Shown here in pieces: positions 26,194-38,383 of a DNA stretch of 64,000 bases (positions are counted from its first letter, which is position 1; each line of letters begins with the position of its first letter). The notes under the pieces are model-generated. The model made no database searches. It saw only the letters and a list, made by a program, of their open reading frames with translations, and was not told the origin of the DNA. The stretch comes from Octopus bimaculoides (Eukaryota): assembly GCF_001194135.2 (NCBI RefSeq), contig NC_068984.1, forward strand, positions 135,056,966-135,120,965, given 5' to 3'. The translations under genes were made by a program, and so were the position numbers.

Positions 26194-27815
26194 CACTATA
26201 TATATATATATATTTCCTTTTATTACGCAGTTCAATCATTCCTCAATAAAATTAAAATCCCTTGTTCGATTTTCTTGAAATTTTTTACGGGATATGTAGG
26301 ATAATGTATCCCATGTCTCGTGTACTTTCTGTCGAAATCGCTGTACATTTAAAGAGGAAATGAATAAAAACACGTTTATAGTGTGTTTAATTTTATTATG
26401 TAAGTTAGCAAATATTATGTAAACTACATAAAATGTGAATTACATATAGAACAATACATGAACAGATCATTAATATATACGTATATCTTCAACCATATAA
26501 TTATATTTACAAACAATTATCTATATAAATTACATCTTTATATAGCCTCCTTTACCATCTGTAACTTTTAATATTCTCTCATCAGCTGATTTTGTCAATT
26601 TCTCAACAACCTCACTTTTAATGTTACTAGCAGCAGTTTTTATTGCTTCCCAAAGTAAATCCTTTTTTTGGATATTGTTTACTATTAGACTATAACACCT
26701 TTTTTAATAATTGATTACAAATTCTCTATTCGGTTTAAACCTGGAGATTGGCGGGGTCCATTCCATTATCTTATGTTTTTTGAAACCTTTCTTAGCTAAA
26801 TGGTTAATACCGAATTTAGCAAAATGTGAAGGGGCATTATCATGCCTAAATATGCGCTTTAACCTGAAACCTCGTAATGTTAACTTGCACCAATGGAAGA
26901 AGTTGTCATCTAGAAACTTTCAATAATTTTCAGCATTTATTTTGACACCATCAGCAACTTTAATTGGACCTATAATGACTCCTCCAACTATACCAGCCCA
27001 AAACATGATTGCTCCACCACCCTGCTGTCCACTTAATCGTGTTGGTTAACTTTTTCCATGTAACACCCGGCCTCTTACCCATCCATAAAGTCCATCTAAT
27101 GTTGCTCTGCACTCGTTAGTAAAAATCACATGTGTAAAGTCCGTCTTCATATATCTTTTTGCCCACGTTACTCTTCTTTTATGTACTTTATTTAAAGGAG
27201 GCAATTTTGCGAAATGTGTGACATCGTCTATTTCTTATAGTATTGTGCAACGTTTTTCCATTTATGTTAGAGAATCCTACTTCTTCAAAGATTTGTTCAC
27301 TGGTTAACCCACATTTTGTGCCCATAATGCTCTTGAGTTTTCTTTTATCTCTATTTGTGATGTTCTTGAAACCCGTTTTCTTCCTTATTCTTACTCTCTC
27401 AATGTTTTGTATCTGTCTTTTATTGTTATGTGATCTCTGTTTAGTTTTTTTAGAAATTACAATTGTTGTATCGGCTTCTCCCTGTAGTTTCACTCTTACT
27501 TTGTTCTCATTTGATGTTATATCTTTTACTTAGACTCATTTCTATATTTCCTGTGTCTGAAATTAAGAAAAAACATTTCAGAATCACATATCACATGTGC
27601 GAAAGCAATACCTTGTTAACTTGCATAATTAAAAGAAACGATAAACGTGTTTTTCTTCATTTCCGCTTTCAATGTACACCGATTTAGACGAAAATCACAC
27701 GAGACATGGGATCCAATATCCTACATATCCCGTAAAATGTTTAAGAAAACCGGACAAGTGTTTTTTTGTTTTTATTGAGAAATGTTTGACCTGCATAATA
27801 AAAGGAAATATAGTG
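26194..27815 (-). mobile_element. Full-length decayed Tc1-like transposon, DD37E (TRT-type), ~1.62 kb, ~210-bp TIRs
   Basis: Left TIR ~26194-26411 and right TIR ~27612-27815 align as reverse complements (CACTAT..TTTCCTTT(T)ATTA.GCAG.TCAA..CATT.CTCAATAAAA...CACGTTTAT); TA immediately after the right end. Confidence 0.92.
26530..27539 (-). pseudogene. Tc1-like transposase pseudogene (DD37E)
   Basis: Motifs VIFTNECRATLDG (first catalytic D changed to N), QQGGGAIMFWAGIVG, HDNAPSH and, after one frameshift, WPRQSPGLNRIE; 37 residues between D and E; two internal stops and at least two frameshifts. Confidence 0.9.
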
Positions 27816-29084
27816 TATGTATATGTATATATATATATATATATATATTGAATTATAATTTTATAAAAATTAACACTTTAACATTAAGCTGAGTATCGAC
27901 TGGGGACGTCAAGTTTTAGCTTACAAACGTGCGTTGCGCTCACGTAAACATGGATTCATAAGGCCTTCGATACTCAAGTAAATGGTGATGAAGAATTATA
28001 AATTAGACGATTATATCCCTAATAGATATTTTTTTTCTCAAATAGAATCAACATCCTTCAAATGGTATGAACATCTTTCGTTGTAAGAATTACACTATTC
28101 CGATATTACGATTGTTCCCCAACCTCTGTAAATATTCTCGTATATACATATTGTACTATGTTTGTTCAGAAAGTGTTTTCGTTTTTTCGTGCATAAAAGT
28201 AATCGTATGACTTATTTTGTTGTTAGAAAAACTTCTCGAAACGCATAGGTTTAAAACTCATAAAACAAGGAACCTGGGAGAAATACTACAATACGTCTGA
28301 ATTACTTCCATTCCTGACTACCTACACTTGATTAGCATCTTTCTACCATGCTCGAAATGAGAAAATACAAAGCTCTCCACGGTAGCATTTACAATTCAAA
28401 ACACATAGGGCAGTAAAAATATGTAGCATACTATCAGTACTCTAACTACTCCTCCAGTTTGCCTCGGTTTTATACATAAATTGTTTTCATATAAACATTG
28501 TGAATGCCGTCATTACTTGTCTGCTTTACTTGTCTAATCTTGCTATATTATTAATCGACCATATGAATGTAGCTTATTGGGGCAACTAAATTTTGAATGT
28601 CTATAATTATTTTGCATTTATCTCAGTTGTAGGTATTAAGACACTTTTTCTCTAATAAATTATCCTAAATTTATCCACAATTTGCGCATTTTCTTAATTA
28701 AAATATGTTACTATGTCTTCTGTTATCTCAGCTTCTTAATTTACCTTGACAACAGCGTTCTTAAATTTGATTCTCTTCATTGCTGCATTTCAGTATCCTT
28801 CCTCTCCCTAATTCGACATGCGTTGCTTTAATAAGAGATGGATTTTACCAATATACTACAGACATGGATCCATTGCTTTTTTTTGTTAACATCTACATCG
28901 TTACATTTTTAGATCCTACAAAGAAGTTAAAAAAGAATTTTGAGTTTCTTTAGATTCCAATTGTACGCGTAACCAGCTAGATTTAACAAACAAGTTAAAG
29001 CTGAAAATGTGCTGAATATTCCTCGGAGATATAATTTTCTCTCGTTTGTTATTAGAAGATGAAAAAAATTCTTTATGTACTTAC

Positions 29085-29229
29085 CTCTTGTCGATGCTTT
29101 CTTGCACATAGATACCAATATCTGGATCCATGTCTGTAGTATATTATCATAGCCATTCCATGATTTGCAGCGACCTTATCTTCTCCGGCTGATCTTCGAT
29201 TGTGAGCTTGCTGATCAGAAATTGAGCTT
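29085..29229 (-). CDS. Candidate internal exon B (phase 2-0)
   Basis: Strong acceptor tcactcatttgtttcag| and donor GAG|gtaagt; one open frame (SSISDQQAH...RKHRQE); GC higher than flanks. Confidence 0.4.
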
Positions 29230-29665
29230 CTGAAACAAATGAGTGAGTATTTAGAGACCAATTTTGCTCTGCTGGAAATTAAGTAGTTATGTATGGTCTG
29301 CCATATCACTGTATTTAAGGCTGCATTTAAGCTCAAAGAAGACAAGTTATGGTTCTGCAGAATCTATGATTATTTTTTTCTCGAAACTCACATGTTTTAT
29401 TTCCTCAGCTATTCAGATACTGTTTCCGGCTTCTCACCAGATAATAAAATATTCAATAATACGTATATGCGCTTCTAAAAAAGAACTCCAATGTGAAGTT
29501 TGAAATTTTAACATTTACTGGTGCATTATGTTGTTCCATTCATTTATTTCTTATAGGGAGTCAAAATTTTGTGTCGTCTATCGCCTATATTCTCTCCGTT
29601 TTAATAGAATCACTCATATGAAAGTATAGTCAACGTCTTATTCTTTATAATGTTAACTAGTGTAT

Positions 29666-29842
29666 ATATACATACACAGATACATACATACACATATATA
29701 TAGATATGTATATATGTTTATATATATGTATGTATACATATATATGTATATATGTGTATATATATGTATGTATACATATATATATATATGTGTGTGTATA
29801 TATATATGCATATATCTATATCTATGTACACATACACACACA

Positions 29843-29921
<79 letters not shown>
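29666..29921. repeat. Compound (TA)/(CA) microsatellite
   Basis: Read directly from sequence. Confidence 0.9.
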
Positions 29922-29923
<2 letters not shown>

Positions 29924-29965
29924 TTTGATAAGTATCGGCCAGTATTGGCCTAGGCGATGTCTAAC

Positions 29966-30107
29966 TTGATAGCACCATCTGACAACGTGGCCAACTCGAA
30001 TAGAGAGTTATTGTTTACGGAGGCATATCCAAGTATAGGAGGTTTATACAGTATTTCTTGACGGAATTTGTCCAAAGACTTCTTCAATTGTATTGGGTCT
30101 GGTTCTG
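29966..30107 (-). CDS. Candidate internal exon A (phase 1-2)
   Basis: NAGNAG acceptor; open frame EPDPIQLKKSLDKFRQEILYKPPILGYASVNNNSLFELATLSDGAIK; moderate donor AA|gttaga; GC-richer than flanks. Confidence 0.4.
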
Positions 30108-31544
30108 CTGTAATTTATTTCTTAATCCTATAGTTTGGATAATTTATAGCCTTATATTTTTATGAATTTTTGTAAATTTACATGTACATATACATATATA
30201 TGTGTTTATATATATATATATTTTTTCTTAGATTGGTTTAACTTGCAATGTAATGTAATATAAGGAACCTTTATTTTGATTTATATTATTATTTTAGAAA
30301 TAATATCTTAATTTGTTTTAAATTTCTAAATTTAGGTTTTAGGTTTATTTGCTATTAGGAAATGAAAGGTATTTTTCTGCAATCATATTCTCACTTGTTT
30401 AGATTTGTTTATATGTAAGGGAAACTACTCCGTTTTACTTGACGGAAGCCATTTGTAAATATGCGGTATTCTTTTCTCTTAATATCCTACTATTAACTTT
30501 GAATTATAGTATCGGTTTTGTTCTAGTGGATAATATATTGGATTTTAATTTTTTAATTAGTTAATTCTACAATTTTTAGTAGTTAATAATTTAATTTTTC
30601 ATTAACGTATTTGTAGGTCGATTGTCGATTTTGTTTAGTATAGACGGTTATTGCAAATGTCGTTAACAAGTATTTACAAATACTGAGTTGTCATTTGAAT
30701 TAACGCTGAGGTGTATTTATTTATTTTCTGGTTTCGGTTGGTCTAGTGTTGGTTAATTTCTTTCTATCATAATTTAATTGTTTGCTCCATTCTGGGCTAT
30801 TGTAAAGGTCTTTATATTTGTTAGTAGAACTCATTCATTCCAATAATAAATCTCCGTGGAAAAGCCTAATATGTGAGTTCAAAAAAGCATTATATTTCGC
30901 TTTTTTTTTTTTCAAGTCAATTAGGCTTGGAAACAACTTGTAGAGTTTTTTTATTGGATATATGTATCACCTTGGAATAAAGTAACGTCTACACTTCTAA
31001 TTTTTTCCTTTCCTTATACCTTATTTATTGTACCAATATTGAATATACAGATTCATATAAACATATTCTTTGCTTTGGATTGAATCAGCGAACTTGGATG
31101 TTTAACTTCACTTTGAAGAATTTAGGTCCATACTTCAACTAGATATATATTGTATAAAGGATCATGGGTAAGGCCAACACAATGCGAAGTAAATGCAATA
31201 AACTAGGTATTTATTTCTCTTCACATGTAACCACATCTTGTGTTCTATATATGAGAGAAGAAATACAGTAATGGAAAATGTTACAAGTCATGGTGGATGT
31301 AATTTAGCGCCACCTCTCTCTCTCGCTAATCATTATCCCCTAAATTCTATTGGAGTTATTTCCACATTTGAAATAAGGAGAAAATAAGTAATTCACTATA
31401 AAGTTTGTTGTAACTATTGTATGGGTTGAAAATACATAAAGAAAAAATGTGTCATGTATCCATAGCGTTCGTTCAAAAACTCAACCTGAAATTGCTGACA
31501 ATCACGCTGCACCAGAATTCATAATACTGTTAAGGGGTTATTAT

Positions 31545-31710
31545 ATCTATGGATTGTCGTCACATTCTGAGTTCAAATTCCCCCCGAGGCCGACTTCTCC
31601 TTTCATCCCTTAGGGTTAGATAAAAGTGGTACCAGTTGATTACAGGGTTCGATGTAAACGACTTGCCTTCTCCACCAAAATTGCAGGCCCTGTGGCTTTT
31701 GAAAGTTGTT
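31545..31710 (+). mobile_element. SINE family A
   Basis: ttctgagttcaaattcccccgaggccgacttctcctttcatccc..ggtaccagtt. Confidence 0.85.
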
Positions 31711-33904
31711 ACCCTTTAAGACCTTCATCTCAGAACAGGTAAGAGTAGCAAAACTATCAAATGCACTTAGAGATCAATTTACATTGTTCTTAGGAGCAAA
31801 TATTACTAGAGACTCCAAACCGTAGATCTGTAATATTCGCAGACATCAAGAACAAGGGAAGGTTTCCTCAAATCTAGTCCGGTTACTGCATAGAACTCTA
31901 GTAATTTAGTGTGAATCATTCAGTATTTGTCTACCGAATAATTTGTCGTCAGCAAACTCAGTTGTTAGACGATACTGTCGGAACAATGGCTTCGAATGCA
32001 AAGATCTCATGGTTGTGCACCATGTTCCTGGTCATCGTCAAAATCTAGATTCACCTAGTCATCTCTAAAAATGGCTCCAATTGCATGTTGACAGTATATT
32101 GAAAACAATCTTTCCATGTTGACCGCATATTGTCTTCCAACATATTTAAATGATTTTATTACACGTCGTCAAAGAATTCCGGGAAAATTACATTAAATGT
32201 TTTTAGAAATCCGTTTATCATACATATATACTTCATGTTTGGGCAATATTATGCCCACATTTCATAAGGCCAAAATTAAGCCCAAATTTGATGGGATAGA
32301 GTATAATCTATTGTCTGTGAACAATGGTTTTGTACATATGGAGCAGTAAGTGCGGTTTAAATTTCGTTAAAAAGTAGTATTCAGGATATTTTACAGGCAG
32401 ATATGGAGAACCTCAGCCCTTATGAAAACTTAAAGTAGTTGACGAATATCTATTTCATGTAACAAAGTAGAAACTTCTCCAGAAATTATTTTAGCAACAG
32501 AGATGTTATTGAAAGTACTTGGTGACATAGCTTGTACTTTCGAGCGACTTGCAGGAAGCGAACTAAATTATGAACAAATTTGAAAAATACAAGGATGAGA
32601 AGTGATTCTGCTGAATTGCTATACGTAAAACTACAAGTTTGAAAGAATTTGACAAAGTAGATAACACTTAATGCCTATTTTATAAAATCAAAACCTAGTA
32701 CAACCAGTAGTAATACACTTAAAGAACGAATATGTTTCTGTTTGAAGTACGTATATTTGGTTCAAAGGATATTTTTGCTTTATGTAGGGTCATTAGAGGC
32801 CTAATGTATTTTAAATCAATGTATAAGTTTTTCAATGATAAAAAGAAATTATCTTCATAAAATCTATTTTATCTCCCTATGATAAAAAAAAAACATATAT
32901 ATTAAGAAATCATTGGTCTCATACTTTGACGTATGTGTGTGTGTGCGTGCGTGTGTGTGAGTGTGTGTGTGTGTATATGATAGCTATTTGCAGCTGTATG
33001 TGTGTATTATGATAGGATGTAACTAATATGCTACTACGTAGAGTATATCATAATTTATGTGTGCAAAGCACAGAATAAGATACGAAATGTCCATGCTGAG
33101 CAATGTCTTTCTTTCAAGATTCACATACCTCTTATGAAGAATATGCGATGGGAAGGCATGAATGATACCTAATCAAATCTGCATTTAAATATGTGAAGTC
33201 CCTGTAGCTTTGCATCTTCCCATTATATCAGCTCAATAGTACTGATTCCGATTGAAAGTTAAGATCCGTAATATTTGTTATAAACAAGAAACATGTGATA
33301 TTCATATTGTAGAATCGTTAACTGTGAATAATTATTAAAAAAATTCTCTTCAGATGCATTTGTATAATGGAAACGGAGAACCGAAGCTGCAAGTAATGTA
33401 TTTGTTGAACTACAGAAATACAATGTATTCTTTCGTGCTAAGATAGGAGAAAACTTTCAAAGAGTTTTCCAGAATTTATTTCATCTTTACGTTCCATATT
33501 TTTCTTCTTTTCTGGATGTGTGTCGGTGTTCTGGTCGCTTTAATTCTATTCTGAAAACAAAGATTAATTATGTGCTAGCTGTATATCTCTCCGTACGCTG
33601 TCAGTTATCGCATACACAAAACCAGCGATGTGAGCACGCACTGGCATTCAATCACATATATACACAAACATATACACATGGACATACATACAAATTCACA
33701 CAAACATGTGTTTGCGTCTTTGTTTGTCTGTATGCGTGTGTGTGTTCATATACTTGCAGGTGTGTATGACAATAAGTATCTTTACATACACAGAAAAGTA
33801 TCTTGTTAATCTAAGCAAATTTGAGTGCTTTTATAATATTTCTTTCTACGGAAAAAAATATACGCAACACGAGATATGGAGAAAGTTTAAGGGAACATAG
33901 TTTC

Positions 33905-33912
33905 CTATATAC

Positions 33913-33956
<44 letters not shown>

Positions 33957-34100
33957 ACACACAGTCACACACACACACACACACACACATTCACAAACAC
34001 ACGCGTATGTATATATACATGCACACATACATATATATATGCATATATATATATATGTGTGTGTTTGTTTACGTGTGTGTTTGTATATATATATATATAC
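33905..34100. repeat. Compound (CA)/(TA) microsatellite
   Basis: Read directly from sequence. Confidence 0.9.
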
Positions 34101-34832
34101 GTACGCTTTCATAGAAGAAAGCATATTGTTAATTTAAGCAGTGTTTCAGNNNNNNNNNNNNNNNNNNNNNNNNNNNNNNNNNNNNNNNNNNNNNNNNNNN
34201 NNNNNNNNNNNNNNNNTATATATATATATATATATATGAGTGTTTGTGTGTGTGCGTGTTTGTGTGTGTGTGTGCATGTGTGCGCGCGTGCGTATCTATA
34301 AGAATGTATGTATATAGATAGAGATTGAGAGATTCAGAATGAGGGATAACAAAAGAGACAGTACGAAAATCGGAGATTGAGTTGTAAAGCATATGCAATA
34401 AGATCAATACATACGAAAAACAANNNNNNNNNNAAAAAAAAAAAAAAAAAAAAAAGAAATGCACGTGTGTAGAAATATTAACGAAAACTGTGGTGATGAA
34501 TGTTATTGCGTGTACAATTCCTAAAAAAAAAACATAAATAAAGGGAACACGAGGATATAAAGGTGAAGCTAAACGAGCAGTACTGAGAAAACCGAAACGC
34601 GTACATTCTGATACTCGCAAAATAAAGGAACACGTCATGCATCGCACACGCACTCAGTACTATAACATGAAAACCATTCAAGCGGTGGTGTAAAAATTTA
34701 TCAAATTCATATCGATGTCTATTTATAAAGAAATTCAAAATTACATGCATTTATAGATAGCCTCACACTTTCATGTATACAAGCATACATAAACACATAC
34801 ATAATGCATACACACACACACACACACACATA

Positions 34833-34864
<32 letters not shown>

Positions 34865-34942
34865 CTTAGCAAGCATATATTTATATATGTATGTGTATGC
34901 GTGTGTGTCTGTGTGTGTATGCACACAGGTACAAACATTTAT

Positions 34943-34949
34943 TTACACA

Positions 34950-35041
<92 letters not shown>
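34943..35041. repeat. Long pure (TA)n
   Basis: Read directly from sequence. Confidence 0.95.
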
Positions 35042-35043
<2 letters not shown>

Positions 35044-35199
35044 CACTAGTAAGTGAGTGCATAACCTTTGTCTTCGATGTTCTAAATATTTCAAAGGGAA
35101 TATTCCAATGAATAACTTTTTGGCAATTCTGCATTTTTCGGTTTTAAACCCAGTTCCATTTTATGTTACAAAACTAAAGTGGCTTCATGCTGCCGTTGA

Positions 35200-35720
35200 T
35201 AACTTCTACATGCAACCACATATGTCATTATAGATGACCTGAAGATTTATGCCACATATATCCTTACAATGCCAATAATTTACTTAGAATTAATAACAAC
35301 ATTCTCAGGTGACACAGGAACAGATTTCTGGGTATAAGTGTTCGTATCTGTTGAATGTGGAAAAGCATTGCACCAAACTCAAAACCTCTATATCAATACT
35401 ATCTCTATCTTTTCTGTTTTACACATGAAATGCTACACAGAGCTAGCCACTAGCACTAGAGAAACTTGTCATATGGTGCTAAGAATAGACTGACTCCAGA
35501 ATATTATACCAGTCTTACAAAAATACGGCAACTGAAACACTTTTCTTGTAAGACAGCTTCACAGTGCATTTGCAGTACCAGTGCTGATTCGAAAATTGAA
35601 TGTTGATAAAATCGGCTCCATAGACATTAAAATATGAAAGATCACGAAACTTCGGCAAAACCTCGGTATCGGCAGGCTGTATCTAAGAAGAAAAGTGGGG
35701 GTCAAGGTATTTTAAATAAA
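35200..35720 (+). mobile_element. Highly decayed R4/Dong-like non-LTR RT fragment
   Basis: Frame-broken motifs IDDLKIYA, TFSGDTG, AFAVPVL and RLYL(R)RKSGGQG appear in the order expected for the RT C-terminus of RLE LINEs. Confidence 0.7.
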
Positions 35721-35869
35721 TACAGGGAGCTGTATTTGAGTTCAATATATTTTAGGGTTGTTGCTTCATTAAAATGAATTTAATGTTTTTGGCCAAATTT
35801 ATTTCCATCAAACTTAATGAAATGTTAATTTAGGAGTGCCGCGTTAGCAATTATGTATGTATATGTTTG

Positions 35870-36202
35870 TTGTTGTATATTACGGCAACAAGGGTTCCTG
35901 TTGATCCGATCAACGGAACAGCCTGCTTGTGAAATTAACGAGCAACGAGGAGATTCAGCGTGACACAAATTGTGACAAGGCTGGCCTTTTGAAATACAGG
36001 TACAATAGAAACAGGAAGAAAGAGGGAGAGAAAGTTGTGGTGAAAGAGTACAGCAGGGTTCGCCACCACCCGCTGCCGGAGTCTCGTGGTGCTTTAGGAG
36101 TTTTCGCTCAATAAACACTCGCAACGCCCGGTCTGGGAATCGAAACCGCGATCCTATGACCGCAAGACCGCTGCCCTAACCACTGGGCCCTTGCGCCTCC
36201 AC
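35870..36202 (-). mobile_element. tRNA-derived SINE family B, near full length
   Basis: Head gtggaggcgcaagggcccagtggttagggcagcg...ggtttcgattcccagacc with A/B boxes, then body and tail. Confidence 0.88.
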
Positions 36203-36872
36203 TATTATATGTACGACTGTATGTCAACACACAAACACACAGACGCATACATGGCATTTATGTGATAAAGACGTGTGTGTATATGTATATACGTATGTGT
36301 GTGCGTGTGAGTGCGTGTGCGAGCGTGTGTGTGCTGCATGATACACAGATAGGTAGGTAGATAAATAAATAAATGGCTAGAAAAATAGTTGGCAAATAGA
36401 TATATGCTCAAATTAATATAATTATGGACGTGTATGGAAACTAATCTAATAGACCATCTCAGTGCGATACTGTAAATACATTTGAATAGACGTTTATGCA
36501 AACTTTATTTTTTCGCATTTCACTAATTAGATGATAAAAAATATTCCTTTATGAACTGGCAGGAATTCACCTAAAGGTTTTAGGCAAGAATGAAAGTTGA
36601 CAATGGATTAATTGAAGTGTAACACAGACGAATTTCTAGATTTAAAATTCTGCATGAATTTTATAGAAAATCATTCAGCAATGGAATATGGCCATTGCTG
36701 TTTTGTTCAGTTTTCAAACCGTTACAACTTTCGCTATCATTCTCTCCCCTTTCGACATTGTGAGGCAAGACCAACGCTGAGAATCAGACGCAAAGAGCAA
36801 ATATATTAATCATGTATACACACGCGCGCACATATGCATACATGCTTAGATTCATGCATAGATACATACATT

Positions 36873-36875
<3 letters not shown>

Positions 36876-36924
<49 letters not shown>

Positions 36925-37111
36925 TATATACTGTGTAAATGTGAGGGTAAAAAATTAAAATAATTTATTACCAGTGATTCGCATGCATAATAAAAGTGCC
37001 TTAAGAATTTCATATTTCGTGGTTTGGGTTTAACTGCCATTTTCAGCATGTAAGATGCTCCGTCAAATGTCTTCTCTCTGTGTATAAATCTTTTATACAC
37101 TCTTACATATG

Positions 37112-37170
<59 letters not shown>
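36876..37170. repeat. (CA)n and (TA)(TG)n microsatellites
   Basis: Read directly from sequence. Confidence 0.85.
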
Positions 37171-37173
<3 letters not shown>

Positions 37174-38139
37174 CACGTATGTATAAGTATGTATTTCAGT
37201 ATGTATGCATGTGTTATGTATATCAGGTTTATTATTTCACCTATTAATGTTTGCTTATATGTTTTTTATCTATCCGTCCTCTTGCTTATCCCTCCATGTA
37301 TGAAAAGATCTAATATCTTCTTATTCTCTTATTTATTCCATTCCTGTTATGACTATAATTAGCAGATTGGAATAATTGCCAATCTTCTTGAATGATGACT
37401 CCTTCGATTTGATTTCAACTGAAAATATGATCAAAGTGATTCATACAATGTGTGCTGTATTAAGCGTACCATACGCTACAGGATTTAGTAAAGAATTTCA
37501 CAGGTTTCAGCAGCAATAAGTTTAAAGATAGAGCTACCTGTGTTGCCCCTTCAACAAGCATCTTCTGCAATATTATGTAAGTTATGCCTTCTACATTAAC
37601 CACATTTCAGCCCAAGCATTATCAGTAAAATCTGATGGAGAGAAATTGTGCTGAAGCTTTTAGAATTAGCTTGTTCCATAGTTGAAAGGATAGTCTCGTT
37701 AATATCATATTGTGCTCATAATGCATGAATAGTATATTGGATTCCAGACAGGTAACCTGAAATTTACATATAGGTGTGTTTTCGATTAAATCAGTTGCAG
37801 CAATTATACCTGCTACTTTATTGTATCAGCTATCGGGTAGATGAAAGGCAAAATCAGTATAAACACAGAACGCAAAGGTGTAAAGTCCCGTAACAAAATC
37901 CAGGAACGCATGTTATTTATTTATTACATTTTAAGGAATTTAGTATTCAGCCACCTTCCTGAGAATTATAGTAAGCGCACAAGTAACTTACACGATGACT
38001 CCATGAACATGGGGTTTATTTGATCCATTTAATATACAATCCTCTTCTATATGCACGAGGTCATTTCAGCATATAATTGATTTCCTATGGATGGTATTTT
38101 GGCAGAACAGTTAGAAGCTCGGAAATTATCACGTGGTAC

Positions 38140-38240
38140 TACACCGATTTATTACATTCTGAGTTCAATTATCGTCGATGCCAACTTTACCAACTACGGG
38201 AGTCAATGTAATTGATGAATCTTCTTGTCCGACGAGTCTC
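38140..38240 (+). mobile_element. SINE family A remnant
   Basis: acattctgagttcaattatcgtcgatgccaacttt..gagtcaatgtaattga. Confidence 0.55.
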
Positions 38241-38299
38241 TGACATTACAACGAAATCTGGAAAATCATGTCAATTCTCATTTATTGTCGTCGTCGTGT

Positions 38300-38383
38300 C
38301 AGCAGTGGAATCTTCGTAGTGATGACAGCAGTGGAGTCCTCGTAGTGATGACAGCAGTGGAGTCCTCGTAGTGATGACAGCAG
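38300..38383. repeat. 26-bp minisatellite, ~3 copies
   Basis: Unit tcgtagtgatgacagcagtggagtcc. Confidence 0.9.

Noticed and set aside
37505-37740. Plus-strand exon-like VSAAISLKIELPVLP...|gtaagt
   Set aside because: Isolated 24-codon segment; cannot be distinguished from noise.
38300-38383. CRISPR-like array
   Set aside because: Direct tandem units with no spacers, in eukaryotic context.
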